DNA of 63,290 nt, filler included, from Octopus bimaculoides (lineage: Eukaryota): the NCBI RefSeq assembly GCF_001194135.2. It is 5 parts of 5 records of this genome, joined end to end, with 100 filler letters (N's around TTAATTAATTAA, not from the genome) between each part and the next. Parts side by side here need not be neighbours in the genome. Positions count along the whole stretch, not along the records: positions 32,261 to 48,423 come from NC_068999.1; positions 48,524 to 59,290 come from NC_068984.1; 3 more parts are not named here. The stretch is one strand, 5' to 3'. Below, piece by piece: positions 37,412-50,191 of this stretch. The number at the start of each line of letters is the position of its first letter. Position 1 is the first letter of the stretch. The translations under genes and the position numbers were made by a program. The notes under the pieces are model-generated. The model saw only the letters and a list, made by a program, of their open reading frames with translations. It was not told the DNA's origin and made no database searches.

Positions 37412-37746
37412 GTAGTAACAAATATCCAATGAAATAAACTGCCACCAGCATAAATATCCAATGAAATGAAACAAAGTACCATCAGCAAAAGCCGGATACC
37501 CAACGCATTACACACACAGCACACAATACAAGCACAAATACAACAAAAGATTGCACCACACCTCAAACAAAAAGAAAAGAAAAGAGGAAAGAAAAGAAAA
37601 GAAACTGTCGCAATAGAACACCGGCAAGAGTTTGCACACTCCCAACAACGAAAAAGAAACCACAATGCTGACAACACACCCCAGCAACACGGAACTGTAG
37701 CAGGCGATGCTGTAGAAATTTGCCTGAAACTATCAAATTTTGAACA

Positions 37747-37818
37747 ATGATGATGATGATGATGCTGCTGCTGCTGCTGCTGATGATGATGATGATGATA
37801 ATGCTGCTGATGATAATA
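37747..37818. repeat. Compound (TGA)n-(TGC)n-(TGA)n triplet repeat
   Basis: Direct read. Confidence 0.9.
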
Positions 37819-37819
37819 A

Positions 37820-38250
37820 ATTTTAACATCCATCCTGGTGGAGGAAGCACACAAATTTATGGAACAGAACGAACAAAAAGGGTGCCGACGAGGCTCATAT
37901 GGATGCAAAGACCAACTCTTAATTAAGCATAAGATCAAGCATTAAGGACTAATTGGATAAAAGCCAAAATAGACAAAAACCAAGTAGATTCCAAATGCAA
38001 ATCAAAAGAGGAAAGCGTTACTCATATAGTAAGTGAATGTAGCATGCTGACAGAGAAAAAATACAAGAAAAGGCATGACAATCTAGGGAGAGTAATCCAT
38101 TGGGAGCTATGTACAATGCTAGGACTTGAACACACTGATAAATTGTATGAACATGAATCTAGTAAAGTACAAGAAAGTAAGAAGTACAAGATGTTGTGGG
38201 AGTTAAACGTTCAGAGTGACAGAGTAATAGATGCTGGAAGGCCTGATTTG

Positions 38251-38311
<61 letters not shown>

Positions 38312-38702
38312 ATAAAGAGAATAGAAAGTGCCAGATAATTGACTTTACAGTCCCAAAAATTAATTTGAGCAATATAGAAGAAAGTAGCAAAGTATCAGGA
38401 CTTAGACATTGAATTACAGAAACTATGGAAGGTGTGGGTAAAATGTATCCCAGTAGTTATAGGTGCATTGGGAACTATCCTTAAAGATCTGAACAGATGG
38501 ACAGAGGAAATAGGCATAAAACCCAGTTTAGTACAGCTGCAGAAAACAGTGTTTTTAGGGACAACTAAGCTACTTAGGAGTGTTCTTGGCATCTAACACA
38601 ACTTGTTGTAACCCAATAGGAGGGTTCTTGGCATCTAAGATAACTTGTTGTACCCCGATGTTAGGATTCTTTTCTTTTCCAACCGTCTAATCTGTTGAGT
38701 GC
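37820..38702 (+). mobile_element. R4/Dong-like RLE-type LINE, 5'-truncated, most of RT deleted
   Basis: ILTSIL...EQKGCRRGSYGCKDQLLI joined directly to DQALRTNWIKAKID...THIVSEC...KRHD...RPDL(V)20 DKENRKCQIIDFTVP...KYQDL...IPVVIGALG; stop 38594-38596; followed by (TAA)n. Confidence 0.88.
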
Positions 38703-38750
<48 letters not shown>

Positions 38751-38752
<2 letters not shown>

Positions 38753-38953
38753 CCTTTCTACTATAGGCAGAAGGCCTGAATTTTGTTGGGAGGGGGCATG
38801 TCGATTATATCGACCCCAGTGTTCAACTGGTACTTATTTTATCGACTCCGAAAGGATGAAAAGCAAAGTCGACCTCAGCGGAATTTGAACTCAGAACGTG
38901 AAGACGGGCGAAATGCCGCTAAACATTTCGTCCGGCACGCTAACGATTCTGCC
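38751..38953 (-). mobile_element. SINE family A, tail-to-tail with the Dong-like LINE across (TAA)n 38703-38750
   Basis: GAAAGGATGAAAAGCAAAGTCGACCTCAGCGGAATTTGAACTCAGAACG...GCTAACGATTCTGCC. Confidence 0.92.
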
Positions 38954-39984
38954 TCACACACACACATACACACGCATGCATATGAGCATATGTGTATGCA
39001 TGCCTCCTTTAATAGATGTCGATCAATGTATATACATTCTTAAGAAGATGTAGATTGCTGTTGCTGTGAGTCGTGGTAATTAAGTCTTGAAGAAAGAATT
39101 AAAAGAATAAAACAAAACAACACTGAAGTTTTTTTTTCTTCCTTTTCTTTCTTTTTTTTTTTTTTTGAAATCTGTGTTGATAAATGCTATTAGTTTAATT
39201 AGAGCCGACAGGATGGAGGAGTAGTAGTAGTAGGAGGTGGAGAAGGAGAAGATATTTAACACCTCTGCTGTTTCCAATGGAATATCTTTTACTTCTAAAT
39301 GTCAGAGGGATTTTTCGATTCCCCCTGCTTTCCCAATCTCCTTCAGAAACGGCTCTAATAATATCTGATTGGAGATAGGAGAGCTCCTTATCCGCTGCCA
39401 CTACGCATCAATTCTATCATTTGTATTCTTTATCGCTAAATAGCAGACGTTCACGACAATTTGTGTGTATCATTTCCTTTTGACATTCCTAGTAATGCCA
39501 GTTTAAGCGAATGAAGTGATGATAGTTGCTATGTTTTCGCAGGATGTCTTACATAACAAACATCGACATTCTCTTGCTCATACAAGTCTGGATAGTCTTT
39601 GGAAGAAGGGTTTACTAAACTTGTTAAAGCAACTTTTTTTTTTTCTCTCTCGAAGATTCGAAGTTTTCTTACACAAACATTCCAGGTCATTTTTAATAAA
39701 CACAAATGGAATTTAATCAAACTTTTCTAAAAATGGTATTCGACCTCCTCCATGACTCAAGCACCAGGGTGAATGGTTCTGTTGTTAAACAGTGGACAAG
39801 ATCCTTTGATAACAAGTCGGGTACATAACAAGATTTTTGTGCCGGGTAAATAGAAATATAATCGCAAGAATTCGAGGAGATATGCTGTTGTTCGGTGTTA
39901 TGTCTATCCTTATTGACCTGGGTCAAAGACAGTCTAGCCTTGACCTCCACATCTCGTAATACGCTTTTGACTTGAGGGAGATTT

Positions 39985-40205
39985 GGCTACTGTTTCTTGG
40001 CCTCATCGACTAAGTCCTGATATCTCGATCTCTTTACCTGGTGCAAAATATCGAATCTGTCTTCCCAGGGTACTGTTTGTTCGACTACCATGATTGTTTT
40101 TGTATTCCTGAAGAACAGAAACATGTCATATCGGAGTGTTGTCACCCCTATCTCCTCTGGGAAGACAAGTCTATCTTCAGGTTCACTTGCATCTCCCAGC
40201 CTGAA
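39985..40205 (-). pseudogene. HERO/NeSL-like restriction-like endonuclease fragment (R2-group LINE)
   Basis: RLVFPEEIGVTTLRYDMFLFFRNTKTIMVVEQTVPWEDRF...KRSRYQDLVDE resembles the LRPD...ELTVPWE...K..KY motif. Confidence 0.75.
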
Positions 40206-40555
40206 CCAAATGTTTTTCAGTTTAGGTTTCGATTCTGTAGTCCTGTCAAGGTCGATTTAGCCCCTAATCATTAAAAGAGATATGTCATTTCATACATGTT
40301 CCAGCTGATCTAAGTTGTGCAACAACGACAACAATAAATAAATGTTCTTCTGAACACTGTTGAGTGGTAGCCTTGATACATCTTCCGGTTTAACCCCCAC
40401 AACCTCACCCGTGTGTGGCTTTAATGGAGAAATCTACGCTCTCACAAGGGCCAGCTCTGCAGTATAGGACTAACCAGCTCTCTCCCCTTTACCAGTCTCA
40501 GCGGACTTTAAAAGGTTTATGAATGCTTCTTCTTTTTCTAGATAAACCCTAAACA

Positions 40556-40867
40556 TTTACCAACATAACATGGCAGCCCTGGTTTAGGACGAATGTTGCT
40601 GTAATTTAGCCACAGGAGATATCGTCTCCAACTGGCTATACGACACGATCTGTGTCCTTATATTTACAAACAAGGGAATCTAGCATCCCCACCCAACAAT
40701 ATCTGTGTATCGCGATTTGTTTTGAGCTGGTTGGGGGTGCTAAATTCCCTTGTTCGAAAATATAAGGACACAGATCGTGTCGTATAGTCAGCTGGAGGCA
40801 ATGTCTCCTGGGGCTAAATTATAGCAACATTTGTCCTAAACCAGGACTGCCATGTTATGTTGGCAAA
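40556..40867. mobile_element. Foldback MITE: ~140-bp inverted arms, ~32-bp spacer
   Basis: 40556-40697 is the reverse complement of 40730-40867 at roughly 88% by eye; no clear TSD. Confidence 0.9.
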
Positions 40868-41081
40868 CAATCTTTACTACAAAATACTGTGGCTGAATAT
40901 CTCACGTTGTGAGATTTAAAAATAGTAATTCTCTAAACATTTGTTCTTTAAATCAATTAAGGATCCGGTAGTGACTCCACATGTCCCCAAAGTCGAAATA
41001 CTTTGAATCTCCCCTAACTTGAATCCAAAGTAAATGTCGTTCAGAAAGAAACGATATGAGAACTGCTGGTGTTAATAGTGT

Positions 41082-41454
41082 CGTGGCACTCCGTCGGTTA
41101 CGACGACGAGGGTTCCAGTTGATCCGATCAACGGAACAGCTTGCTCGTGAAATTAACATGCAAGTGGCCGAGCACTTCACAGACACGTGTACCCTCAACG
41201 TAGTTCTCGGAGAGATTCAGTACGACACAGAGTTTGACAAGGCTGGCCCTTTGAAATACAGGTGCAACAGAAACAGGAAGAAAGAGTGAGACAAAGTTGG
41301 GGGTGAAAGAGTCCAGCAGGATTCGCCACCACCACCCCTGCCAGAGCCTCGTGGAGCTTTTGGGTGTTTTCGCTCAATAAACACTCACAACGCCCAATCT
41401 GGAAATCGAAACCGCGAGTCCGCTGCCCTAACCACTGGGCCATTGCGCCTCCAC
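41082..41454 (-). mobile_element. tRNA-headed SINE, family D
   Basis: Minus strand GTGGAGGCGCAATGGCCCAGTGGTTAGGGCAGCGGACTC...GGTTTCGATTTCC, then about 300 bp body. Confidence 0.8.
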
Positions 41455-43237
41455 TGGTAATAGTGTAGATAGATATGAAGATAAGTAACTGAAGAAAAGC
41501 AGTTTCAGTTGTAATTTTAGGAATGATAAAATAAACAGTTTTACAGAAGCAGTTCAACGAACNNNNNNNNNNNNNNNNNNNNNNNNNNNNNNNNNNNNNN
41601 NNNNNNNNNNNNNNNNNNNNNNNNNNNNNNNNNNNNNNNNNNNNNNNNNNNNNNNNNNNNNNNNNNNNNNNNNNNNNNNNNNNNNNNNNNNNNNNNNNNN
41701 NNNNNNNNNNNNNNNNNNNNNNNNNNNNNNNNNNNNNNNNNNNNNNNNNNNNNNNNNNNNNNNNNNNNNNNNNNNNNNNNNNNNNNNNNNNNNNNNNNNN
41801 NNNNNNNNNNNNNNNNNNNNNNNNNNNNNNNNNNNNNNNNNNNNNNNNNNNNNNNNNNNNNNNNNNNNNNNNNNNNNNNNNNNNNNNNNNNNNNNNNNNN
41901 NNNNNNNNNNNNNNNNNNNNNNNNNNNNNNNNNNNNNNNNNNNNNNNNNNNNNNNNNNNNNNNNNNNNNNNNNNNNNNNNNNNNNNNNNNNNNNNNNNNN
42001 NNNNNNNNNNNNNNNNNNNNNNNNNNNNNNNNNNNNNNNNNNNNNNNNNNNNNNNNNNNNNNNNNNNNNNNNNNNNNNNNNNNNNNNNNNNNNNNNNNNN
42101 NNNNNNNNNNNNNNNNNNNNNNNNNNNNNNNNNNNNNNNNNNNNNNNNNNNNNNNNNNNNNNNNNNNNNNNNNNNNNNNNNNNNNNNNNNNNNNNNNNNN
42201 NNNNNNNNNNNNNNNNNNNNNNNNNNNNNNNNNNNNNNNNNNNNNNNNNNNNNNNNNNNNNNNNNNNNNNNNNNNNNNNNNNNNNNNNNNNNNNNNNNNN
42301 NNNNNNNNNNNNNNNNNNNNNNNNNNNNNNNNNNNNNNNNNNNNNNNNNNNNNNNNNNNNNNNNNNNNNNNNNNNNNNNNNNNNNNNNNNNNNNNNNNNN
42401 NNNNNNNNNNNGGAGGAGGAGGAGGAGGAGGAGGAGGGGTAATAAATATCTGCTTGCGTACCCCCATCGGTGTACTGGGACGTTGAGGATGTCAAGAAAA
42501 TCTGTTGTCAGATGAGGTTTGTGTGAGGTTTCGGTAGTAAAACGAAGCGAAACTTTAGACTTTGATTGTGACAAGGACATGCTTTTGGCTGTTAGATAGG
42601 TTTAGGGATGTTTTTGCTGACTTGATCCCCTGGGGAAATCAAAAGTTGGTAAAATAACATTTATTTTTCAAGCTACTCATGTCAACTCGATCGCTCTATT
42701 TAAATATCTCGCCATTAGTTATGAAATAATCCATGTATTTAAGAGGAGAACTGGCAATAGATCTATAAGAACAGGAAGGGAAGGGGCCACATAGAAAATA
42801 AACATTGGAAGCGATAAGAAATAGTTTTAAGAAAACACATTGGAAGTCAGGATTTCTTCGGTCTCAATAATTGGTTCTCCTGCCGTAGTGTCGTATCCTG
42901 TTGACTTCAATACTACGGTGAATGTTTCTGCATCATAATTCTGACAAACAATTTCTGGGATTTGAAGGCTTCTTATGTTTCTTAATTTTTGTTTAGGTGA
43001 TCAATTGACAGTGGCAGGAGGGTTGCAGTTTCATATCCTGTGTTGTCAACAGCCCAGTCTATTTAACTGTAAGAAGGTACCACCCAATCCTATAGTTCCC
43101 TTGTGTAACGAAAACGACGGCAGTTAATCACATAACCAAGTGATTCATAATGATTAGAAGAAACTTAAATTCATAATCTGGACGAAATAAATACCTGCAG
43201 ATTTTCCATCAGTTCAATTTGAACCTTCTCTTTTACA

Positions 43238-43399
43238 CAATGGTTCCCAACCCTTTTATTTAAACGTGTTTTCCCAAGGACCCCTTTTAATATGCTTATC
43301 CTTATATATATATATGAAATTTTGAATTTAGTTCACGGACCCCCAGTACCACCTTTGCGAACCACCAGGTGTCCGCGGACCCCTGGTTGGGAAACACTG
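43238..43399. mobile_element. Small hAT-like MITE
   Basis: CAATGGTTCCCAACC ... GGTTGGGAAACACTG termini; TSD not evident. Confidence 0.7.
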
Positions 43400-43739
43400 T
43401 TAGCATCTCCCGGACAACCGATTTCAACTACTCTGCATCGTTTGTTTCCCTCTCCCCAATCATTATGTCTGACATGTTGTATTTAGAGATTATCCAAGTC
43501 TTGACAGAGACATTCTACCAGTAATCTTTCGAAGTATATGAGGTTGTGCCAACCACGCCACTGTAACTTCTTATACTTATCTCCTAAGGATTATCCTTTC
43601 AATGGATTTCATTATATAGTGTTCTAGCCACGACATTGTTTCTTATAGGGAGCTAATACCATCTATTTCTATGTACCAGTAACGTTTCAATATCGGAGAA
43701 ATAGCCATGCCATTAAGAGTAATATTACGAGATGGACTT

Positions 43740-44020
43740 ATAGGTCTTCCTCGTTTGACCATTTAACAACAGTTATTGTGGCCTTACTCCATTCTGAATC
43801 TTTTGAGAATGCCGTAACTAGGTCAAGGCTTTCCTTCACACCATCCATATCCTTGGCATATATTTTCAAATCATCCACAAAGAAGCAATGTGTTAAGCTG
43901 ATGTTTCTCTCTTCCTGTGGGCCAATTATATACACTTTAGATTGCTTTAACAAGAAGGACAGGCGAGTTTACTGAAAGTGTGTCATCTTGAACTATACCT
44001 CTGCGGTATTGAGTCCTTGT
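43740..44020 (-). pseudogene. RT fragment of an R4/Dong-like LINE
   Basis: RGIVQDDTLS and THCFFVDDLKIYAK motifs (RT domains 4-5). Confidence 0.7.
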
Positions 44021-45567
44021 ATCCTTTAAAAAAAAAAAAAAACACAAAGCGAGGTGCAACTTGATTCTTTTTCTGCGCAGTTGTTTTGGTGCACCAATGT
44101 GCGTAGACAAGATTTAGTCACGCTACACGGAATAAGCTGCAAGCAATGAGTCATATGATATCAGAACATGTTCCAAGTGTTATTGAAGTAAAACAGTTGT
44201 CAACAGCAGGAGAGAGTACTCAGTTCACGATATAAAATATATTGTTTATTCAAACTGCCCTTATACTTGCATCAAAGGTTTCATGCATGTGCGATCATCT
44301 TGCGAATTAGTTTTTTTTTCGTTTTGGCATTTTTAGCTGGTTTGATTTCAGTAGGTTCAACCATTTGTGAGTAGCGATGACTTTCGACAGAGTGTTTCTA
44401 AATGTTCTTTATTAAAATGTTGTCCGTGGTGGTCATTGCTCCTTATCTCACACTTCGTTGATTCAATCTTCATCGGCCGATTTCCCAATCCTTTTCTAGT
44501 TGGCCTTTTTAATCGATATCGATATCTTTTTCATCATTGTCATATCATCATTACTTTTCATTGTCAATTTCAGAAGGAGTGTCACCATGGTAACGATTTT
44601 TGCTAAAACAGTTAATTTTATTTCACAAGAAACTTTCATTCTGTATCTTATGCTTTTCATTGTACTCTCTTATACATACATACATAAATACATACATACA
44701 TACATACATACATACATACATTCACAAACACATACATGTATGTGTGCGCGTGTGTGTGTGCGTGTGTGTGTGTGCGTGTGCGTGTGTGTGTGTGTGCGTG
44801 CGTGTGTGTGTGTGTGTGTTGTCGTGCGTGCCNNNNNNNNNNNNNNNNNNNNNNNNNNNNNNNNNNNNNNNNNNNNNNNNNNNNNNNNNNNNNNNNNNNN
44901 NNNNNNNNNNNNNNNNNNNNNNNNNNNNNNNNNNNNNNNNNNNNNNNNNNNNNNNNNNNNNNNNNNNNNNNNNNNNNNNNNNNNNNNNNNNNNNNNNNNN
45001 NNNNNNNNNNNNNNNNNNNNNNNNNNNNNNNNNNNNNNNNNNNNNNNNNNNNNNNNNNNNNNNNNNNNNNNNNNNNNNNNNNNNNNNNNNNNNNNNNNNN
45101 NNNNNNNNNNNNNNNNNNNNNNNNNNNNNNNNNNNNNNNNNNNNNNNNNNNNNNNNNNNNNNNNNNNNNNNNNNNNNNNNNNNNNNNNNNNNNNNNNNNN
45201 NNNNNNNNNNNNNNNNNNNNNNNNNNNNNNNNNNNNNNNNNNNNNNNNNNNNNNNNNNNNNNNNNNNNNNNNNNNNNNNNNNNNNNNNNNNNNNNNNNNN
45301 NNNNNNNNNNNNNNNNNNNNNNNNNNNNNNNNNNNNNNNNNNNNNNNNNNNNNNNNNNNNNNNNNNNNNNNNNNNNNNNNNNNNNNNNNNNNNNNNNNNN
45401 NNNNNNNNNNNNNNNNNNNNNNNNNNNNNNNNNNNNNNNNNNNNNNNNNNNNNNNNNNNNNNNNNNNNNNNNNNNNNNNNNNNNNNNNNNNNNNNNNNNN
45501 NNNNNNNNNNNNNNNNNNNNNNNNNNNNNNNNNNNNNNNNNNNNNNNNNNNNNNNNNNNNNNNNNNN

Positions 45568-45621
<54 letters not shown>

Positions 45622-46015
45622 ACACATACACACATGCACGCACGCAGAGGCCCACGCAGAGATACATACACACGTAAAAACATGTGCTCGCATGCACAAG
45701 TAAATAACCATGCATAGACAGAAACACGCATGCGCGCACTCACACATATAGGCATGTGTGTGTGTGTGTGCGTATACATATACATACATACATACATACA
45801 TAAATATACAAATAAATATGCATATACATATATGCACATGCATACATACATACGTAAACACACACATATATGCACATATCCACACATATCCACACGTACA
45901 CACATATATGCATATACATACATACACACAATCACACACACATACGTATATGTATACATATAAATCTAATGCATGTATACATATATATATATATGCATGT
46001 ATGCTTGTATGCATG

Positions 46016-46046
<31 letters not shown>

Positions 46047-46124
46047 TGTATTATGTATGTAATGTATGTGTGTATGTATGTAATGTATGCATGTATGTAA
46101 TGTGTGTATGTATGTGTGTGTGTA

Positions 46125-46262
46125 CGGAAAGAAGGGAAAAAGAACGAATCAATGAGAGAGCGAGAGAAAGAGAGCGAGAGAAAGAGAGCGAGACAGAGAG
46201 AAGTAGGGAGAAAGAAGAAGGAGGAAAAGAAAGAGGTTGGGAGAGAGGAAGGGAGAGGGAGG
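46125..46262. repeat. Polypurine (GA-rich) tract
   Basis: Direct read; similar tract at 61340-61500. Confidence 0.85.
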
Positions 46263-47109
46263 TGTACAGAAGCCGCCGTTTGTCAATTTAATCTTCGCTT
46301 AGTATTTCTGCTTTGTTGCATCCCTGAAAATGTAATGTGTGTGTTTGCTGTCCCCCGCTGTGGTCCGCTGTTGGCGAAGTAGCGATGTAGGGCAAACTCG
46401 AAACATGATCTCTTCTAAATGTTGACAAATGGGGAAGAAAGACTCGATACAGTTGTTGCTCCAAACCTTCGACATCTTAACTAACAATGGACCGCGTCCC
46501 TGGGCAAAGCCTGTACTTTGATAGACACACTTTCAAACTAAGAGACGGCCTCCGCCAACTTTTTCAACTGCTGACTAGTGCAACCAACAGGATGCATATA
46601 CGTAGGGGATAGGCCTACTAGAAATAGCAGCCAAATCTCCCCAATCATACAGTTTCGGGAGCTAAAAAAGAAACACTTTATTTAGATAATATAGTCCTAT
46701 ACACCCCTAAAAAGAAAAGATATCCACAGCTGGAATATTGTTGATCGTAAGCCTGTTCGGTAAGAGTTGGCCTGGGGATAAACTTATAACACATCTACTC
46801 AAGATATTTCTGACAGTTAATAATGAATGACTCAACGTACAAACTGGAGAAAAACAAAAACGTTGCTTAGCACCAACTTCACACCCACACCCAACACACC
46901 AAACACACAAATTACTTTGGAAAGAAAGCTTGTCGGATTTTTGTTATCGTCACTGACGGTATCTTTTAAATATTTACAGTAAAATAAGCCTTACTGTTTA
47001 TAGTCTAATGGGTTTTTTTTTCCTTTATAAATTACTTTAAACCAAAGTGGTTACATTTGTATCAATTTTACCATTTTAAAACGATATCGTTTAATGGTTC
47101 AGACCCATA

Positions 47110-48040
47110 TCAATCACTGCAAACGGTAAGAGTTCAAAAGGGTCTCTTCAGTAATGGAAGCAGCAAAAGCAAGAATTAGTCATTCTGTCTATGAAAATAA
47201 AACTTTTAAGTGTCCAGACATAGCAACGACGATAAGGCAAGTTTGACACGGGAAATGTTTCTCTTGCGGATTCCCTCCAATCTGGACGACCGAGTTCTGT
47301 TAATGTTGAGCTTCTGAAAACCATGGTTGAGGAAAATCCAAAGCAGACTGTATAAGAATTAGCAAAACAGTTCCATTCAATCATAAGACACATTCTTGAA
47401 TGAGGAAAAGTGTCTGAACTTGGTCAGTGGGTTCTTTCTCGGCTTAATCAAAGAGTTGCTCTCTGCTCGTTACTGAAGAGTAAACTTCCAACCGAAACTT
47501 ACCTGGGTAGAAGCCTCACAAATGATTAAATGTGGGTTCTATAAATTTATTAACGACAATGATGATAAAAGGAGAGTCCATTGCCAAACCAGAGCTACAT
47601 CTGAAAAATATTACGCTCTGTGTTTGATGGAATATGGAGAGTGTCGTTTATCATGAAGTGTTAACCCAAACCGAAACAATTAATGTGGAGAAGTAATGTC
47701 GTCAGTCAAAAACATTGCACTAATTTTGTACAATAAGAACCTAACATTGATAAGTTATGAAGAGGTGTTGCTGTTATATGATGATGCAAGACCAAAGATT
47801 GTCTACGTCACTCATGAAGAGAACATGGCTTTAAATATGGAAGTTTTGCCGCATCCTCCTTACTTTCCTGACCTTGTTACATCTGACTATCATCTTTTCA
47901 GGTTATTGCAACATTATTCAAAGGGAAAACAGTTTATTGATTGTGAAGAGATCGAAGAATATTAAGAAATATGTGAAGAATATTACGCCCGAGACATCAG
48001 TAATTTGCTAAATAGATGAGATTATGTTATCAAAAACGAG
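47110..48040 (+). pseudogene. Mariner (DD34D-type) transposase relic
   Basis: SGRPSSVNVELLKTMVEENPKQT, GKVSELGQWV, LLLYDDARP, EVLPHPPYFPDLVTSDYHLFRLLQH (YSPDLAPSD motif); many stops. Confidence 0.92.
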
Positions 48041-48083
48041 GGGAATAAAAGGGACCACCACTGAAATAAAAAAACAAAACACA

Positions 48084-48275
48084 TTGGATAAACTCTTAAC
48101 GACTATAGCAGCCAACCAGCCATTCAAGGATACAGCCAAGGTAGATCAGCTGCAACAAACTCAATCATAGACCAACTTCCAGCCATAAAGCGAGAACAGA
48201 ACTGAAAGAAAATAAATTAAGGTGGTGCTCCAGCCTGACCGCAGTCCTATGAGTGAAACATTAAAAGGAAAAAGA
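48084..48275 (+). mobile_element. 3' stub of a CR1/L2-group LINE carrying the family B SINE tail
   Basis: LDKLLTTI..NQP(fs)IQGYSQGRSAATNSIIDQL...* then AAGGTGGTGCTCCAGCCTGACCGCAGTC.TATGAGTGAAACA.TAAAAG. Confidence 0.65.
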
Positions 48276-48423
48276 ATAAGGAATTCATTAAAAATACCAA
48301 TTAAGACCAAAGAAGCATCTTTTCTTCATTTCCATCTTGCAAGGCAACAGAACTTTCCTTCCAACTTAATACATTGCTTCTGTTCACGGAATTATTGAGA
48401 GGAATCGGAAACAGGTTCATCTG

Positions 48424-48523
48424 NNNNNNNNNNNNNNNNNNNNNNNNNNNNNNNNNNNNNNNNNNNNTTAATTAATTAANNNNNNNNNNNNNNNNNNNNN
48501 NNNNNNNNNNNNNNNNNNNNNNN
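48424..48523. other. Synthetic scaffold-join marker
   Basis: 44 N + TTAATTAATTAA (48468-48479) + 44 N. Confidence 0.95.
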
Positions 48524-50191
48524 TAATAATAATAATAATAATAATAACAACAACAATAATAGCATTATATTTTGGCAGATTACGTATAGGATGTGGTGGT
48601 GTTATTGCTGTAGTTAAAATTTTTTTTTTTTTTTTTTTTCAATTTCATTAAAAGGAAAACCAACCAAGCATGCTGTTGGTATTCTTTCTGTCTTTATTTT
48701 TTGTTTTTGGTTGTTCGATGTTATGTCTGTCGTCATCGTTGTCTTCGTTGTTTTATGAATGTGGTGCCTTTAGCCCTTTGTCATTGTCATTCACATATCG
48801 AGCTTTATCGTTCACACAAACATCTACTGACACACAAATACAACATACGCATGCACACACAAACACACACACACGCGTGCACGCGCACAATACACTTCTG
48901 AATCTCTTTACCTATTTCTCTCAATTTCTGTCCCTCTCTTACGTATCTACCTATCTATTTATTTTTCTATCTCTCTCTGTCTAAAATAGTATAATGTCGA
49001 GTATATATACTTTTTTAAGCTGAGAAACTGCAGATGTTACTAAATTTCTATGCGGTTTCGTATTTCATAGAGAACATATCTACACTTATGCATATATTCC
49101 TCACCATGCCTGTCATCTCTTATGTCCCTGCCGTAAGGCTTCACTTCCACACATGCCAGCTTAATTTAATTCGTCTTTAGTCGAAAGACACCTGTTGCTA
49201 TGTCCTGTTATTTGCATTTGCATTTGAGTAGCATTNNNNNNNNNNNNNNNNNNNNNNNNNNNNNNNNNNNNNNNNNNNNNNNNNNNNNNNNNNNNNNNNN
49301 NNNNNNNNNNNNNNNNNNNNNNNNNNNNNNNNNNNNNNNNNNNNNNNNNNNNNNNNNNNNNNNNNNNNNNNNNNNNNNNNNNNNNNNNNNNNNNNNNNNN
49401 NNNNNNNNNNNNNNNNNNNNNNNNNNNNNNNNNNNNNNNNNNNNNNNNNNNNNNNNNNNNNNNNNNNNNNNNNNNNNNNNNNNNNNNNNNNNNNNNNNNN
49501 NNNNNNNNNNNNNNNNNNNNNNNNNNNNNNNNNNNNNNNNNNNNNNNNNNNNNNNNNNNNNNNNNNNNNNNNNNNNNNNNNNNNNNNNNNNNNNNNNNNN
49601 NNNNNNNNNNNNNNNNNNNNNNNNNNNNNNNNNNNNNNNNNNNNNNNNNNNNNNNNNNNNNNNNNNNNNNNNNNNNNNNNNNNNNNNNNNNNNNNNNNNN
49701 NNNNNNNNNNNNNNNNNNNNNNNNNNNNNATATATATATATATATATATATGCATACTTATATACACACATACAAAATACATGCATACACAGACATGTAT
49801 GTATGTATGTATTATGTATGTATATATGTATGTATGTATGTATGTATTATGTATGTATGCATGCATGCATGTATGCATGTATTTATAACCACATGGTTTA
49901 TTCTTATTTCATATTTTCCTTCTAGGTTTCAAACCAGTTACTAACAAAGTGACTGGTTTTTTTAAAGTCAAATCAGTTCTTGGGATTTGTGGAAATGTAT
50001 GCATATTACAGTGTATATATGTAGGCACATATGTGGTTATATTTGCTCCCTTTGGATGTTTGTGCGTGTCCCTTTAGTTCACAACTGTATTTGTTTCATT
50101 ACGTATTACATAATGTGTTGCAATAAGTACATGTGTTTGTATATATGTTCATTCCCGGAACCTCAAATGGAGAATCCTTGGAATGCTTTAT

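Noticed and set aside
42480-42650. Possible Penelope-like RT words (PQG, RFTTE, FLDI) on the minus strand
   Set aside because: Motifs are in inconsistent frames and spacing.
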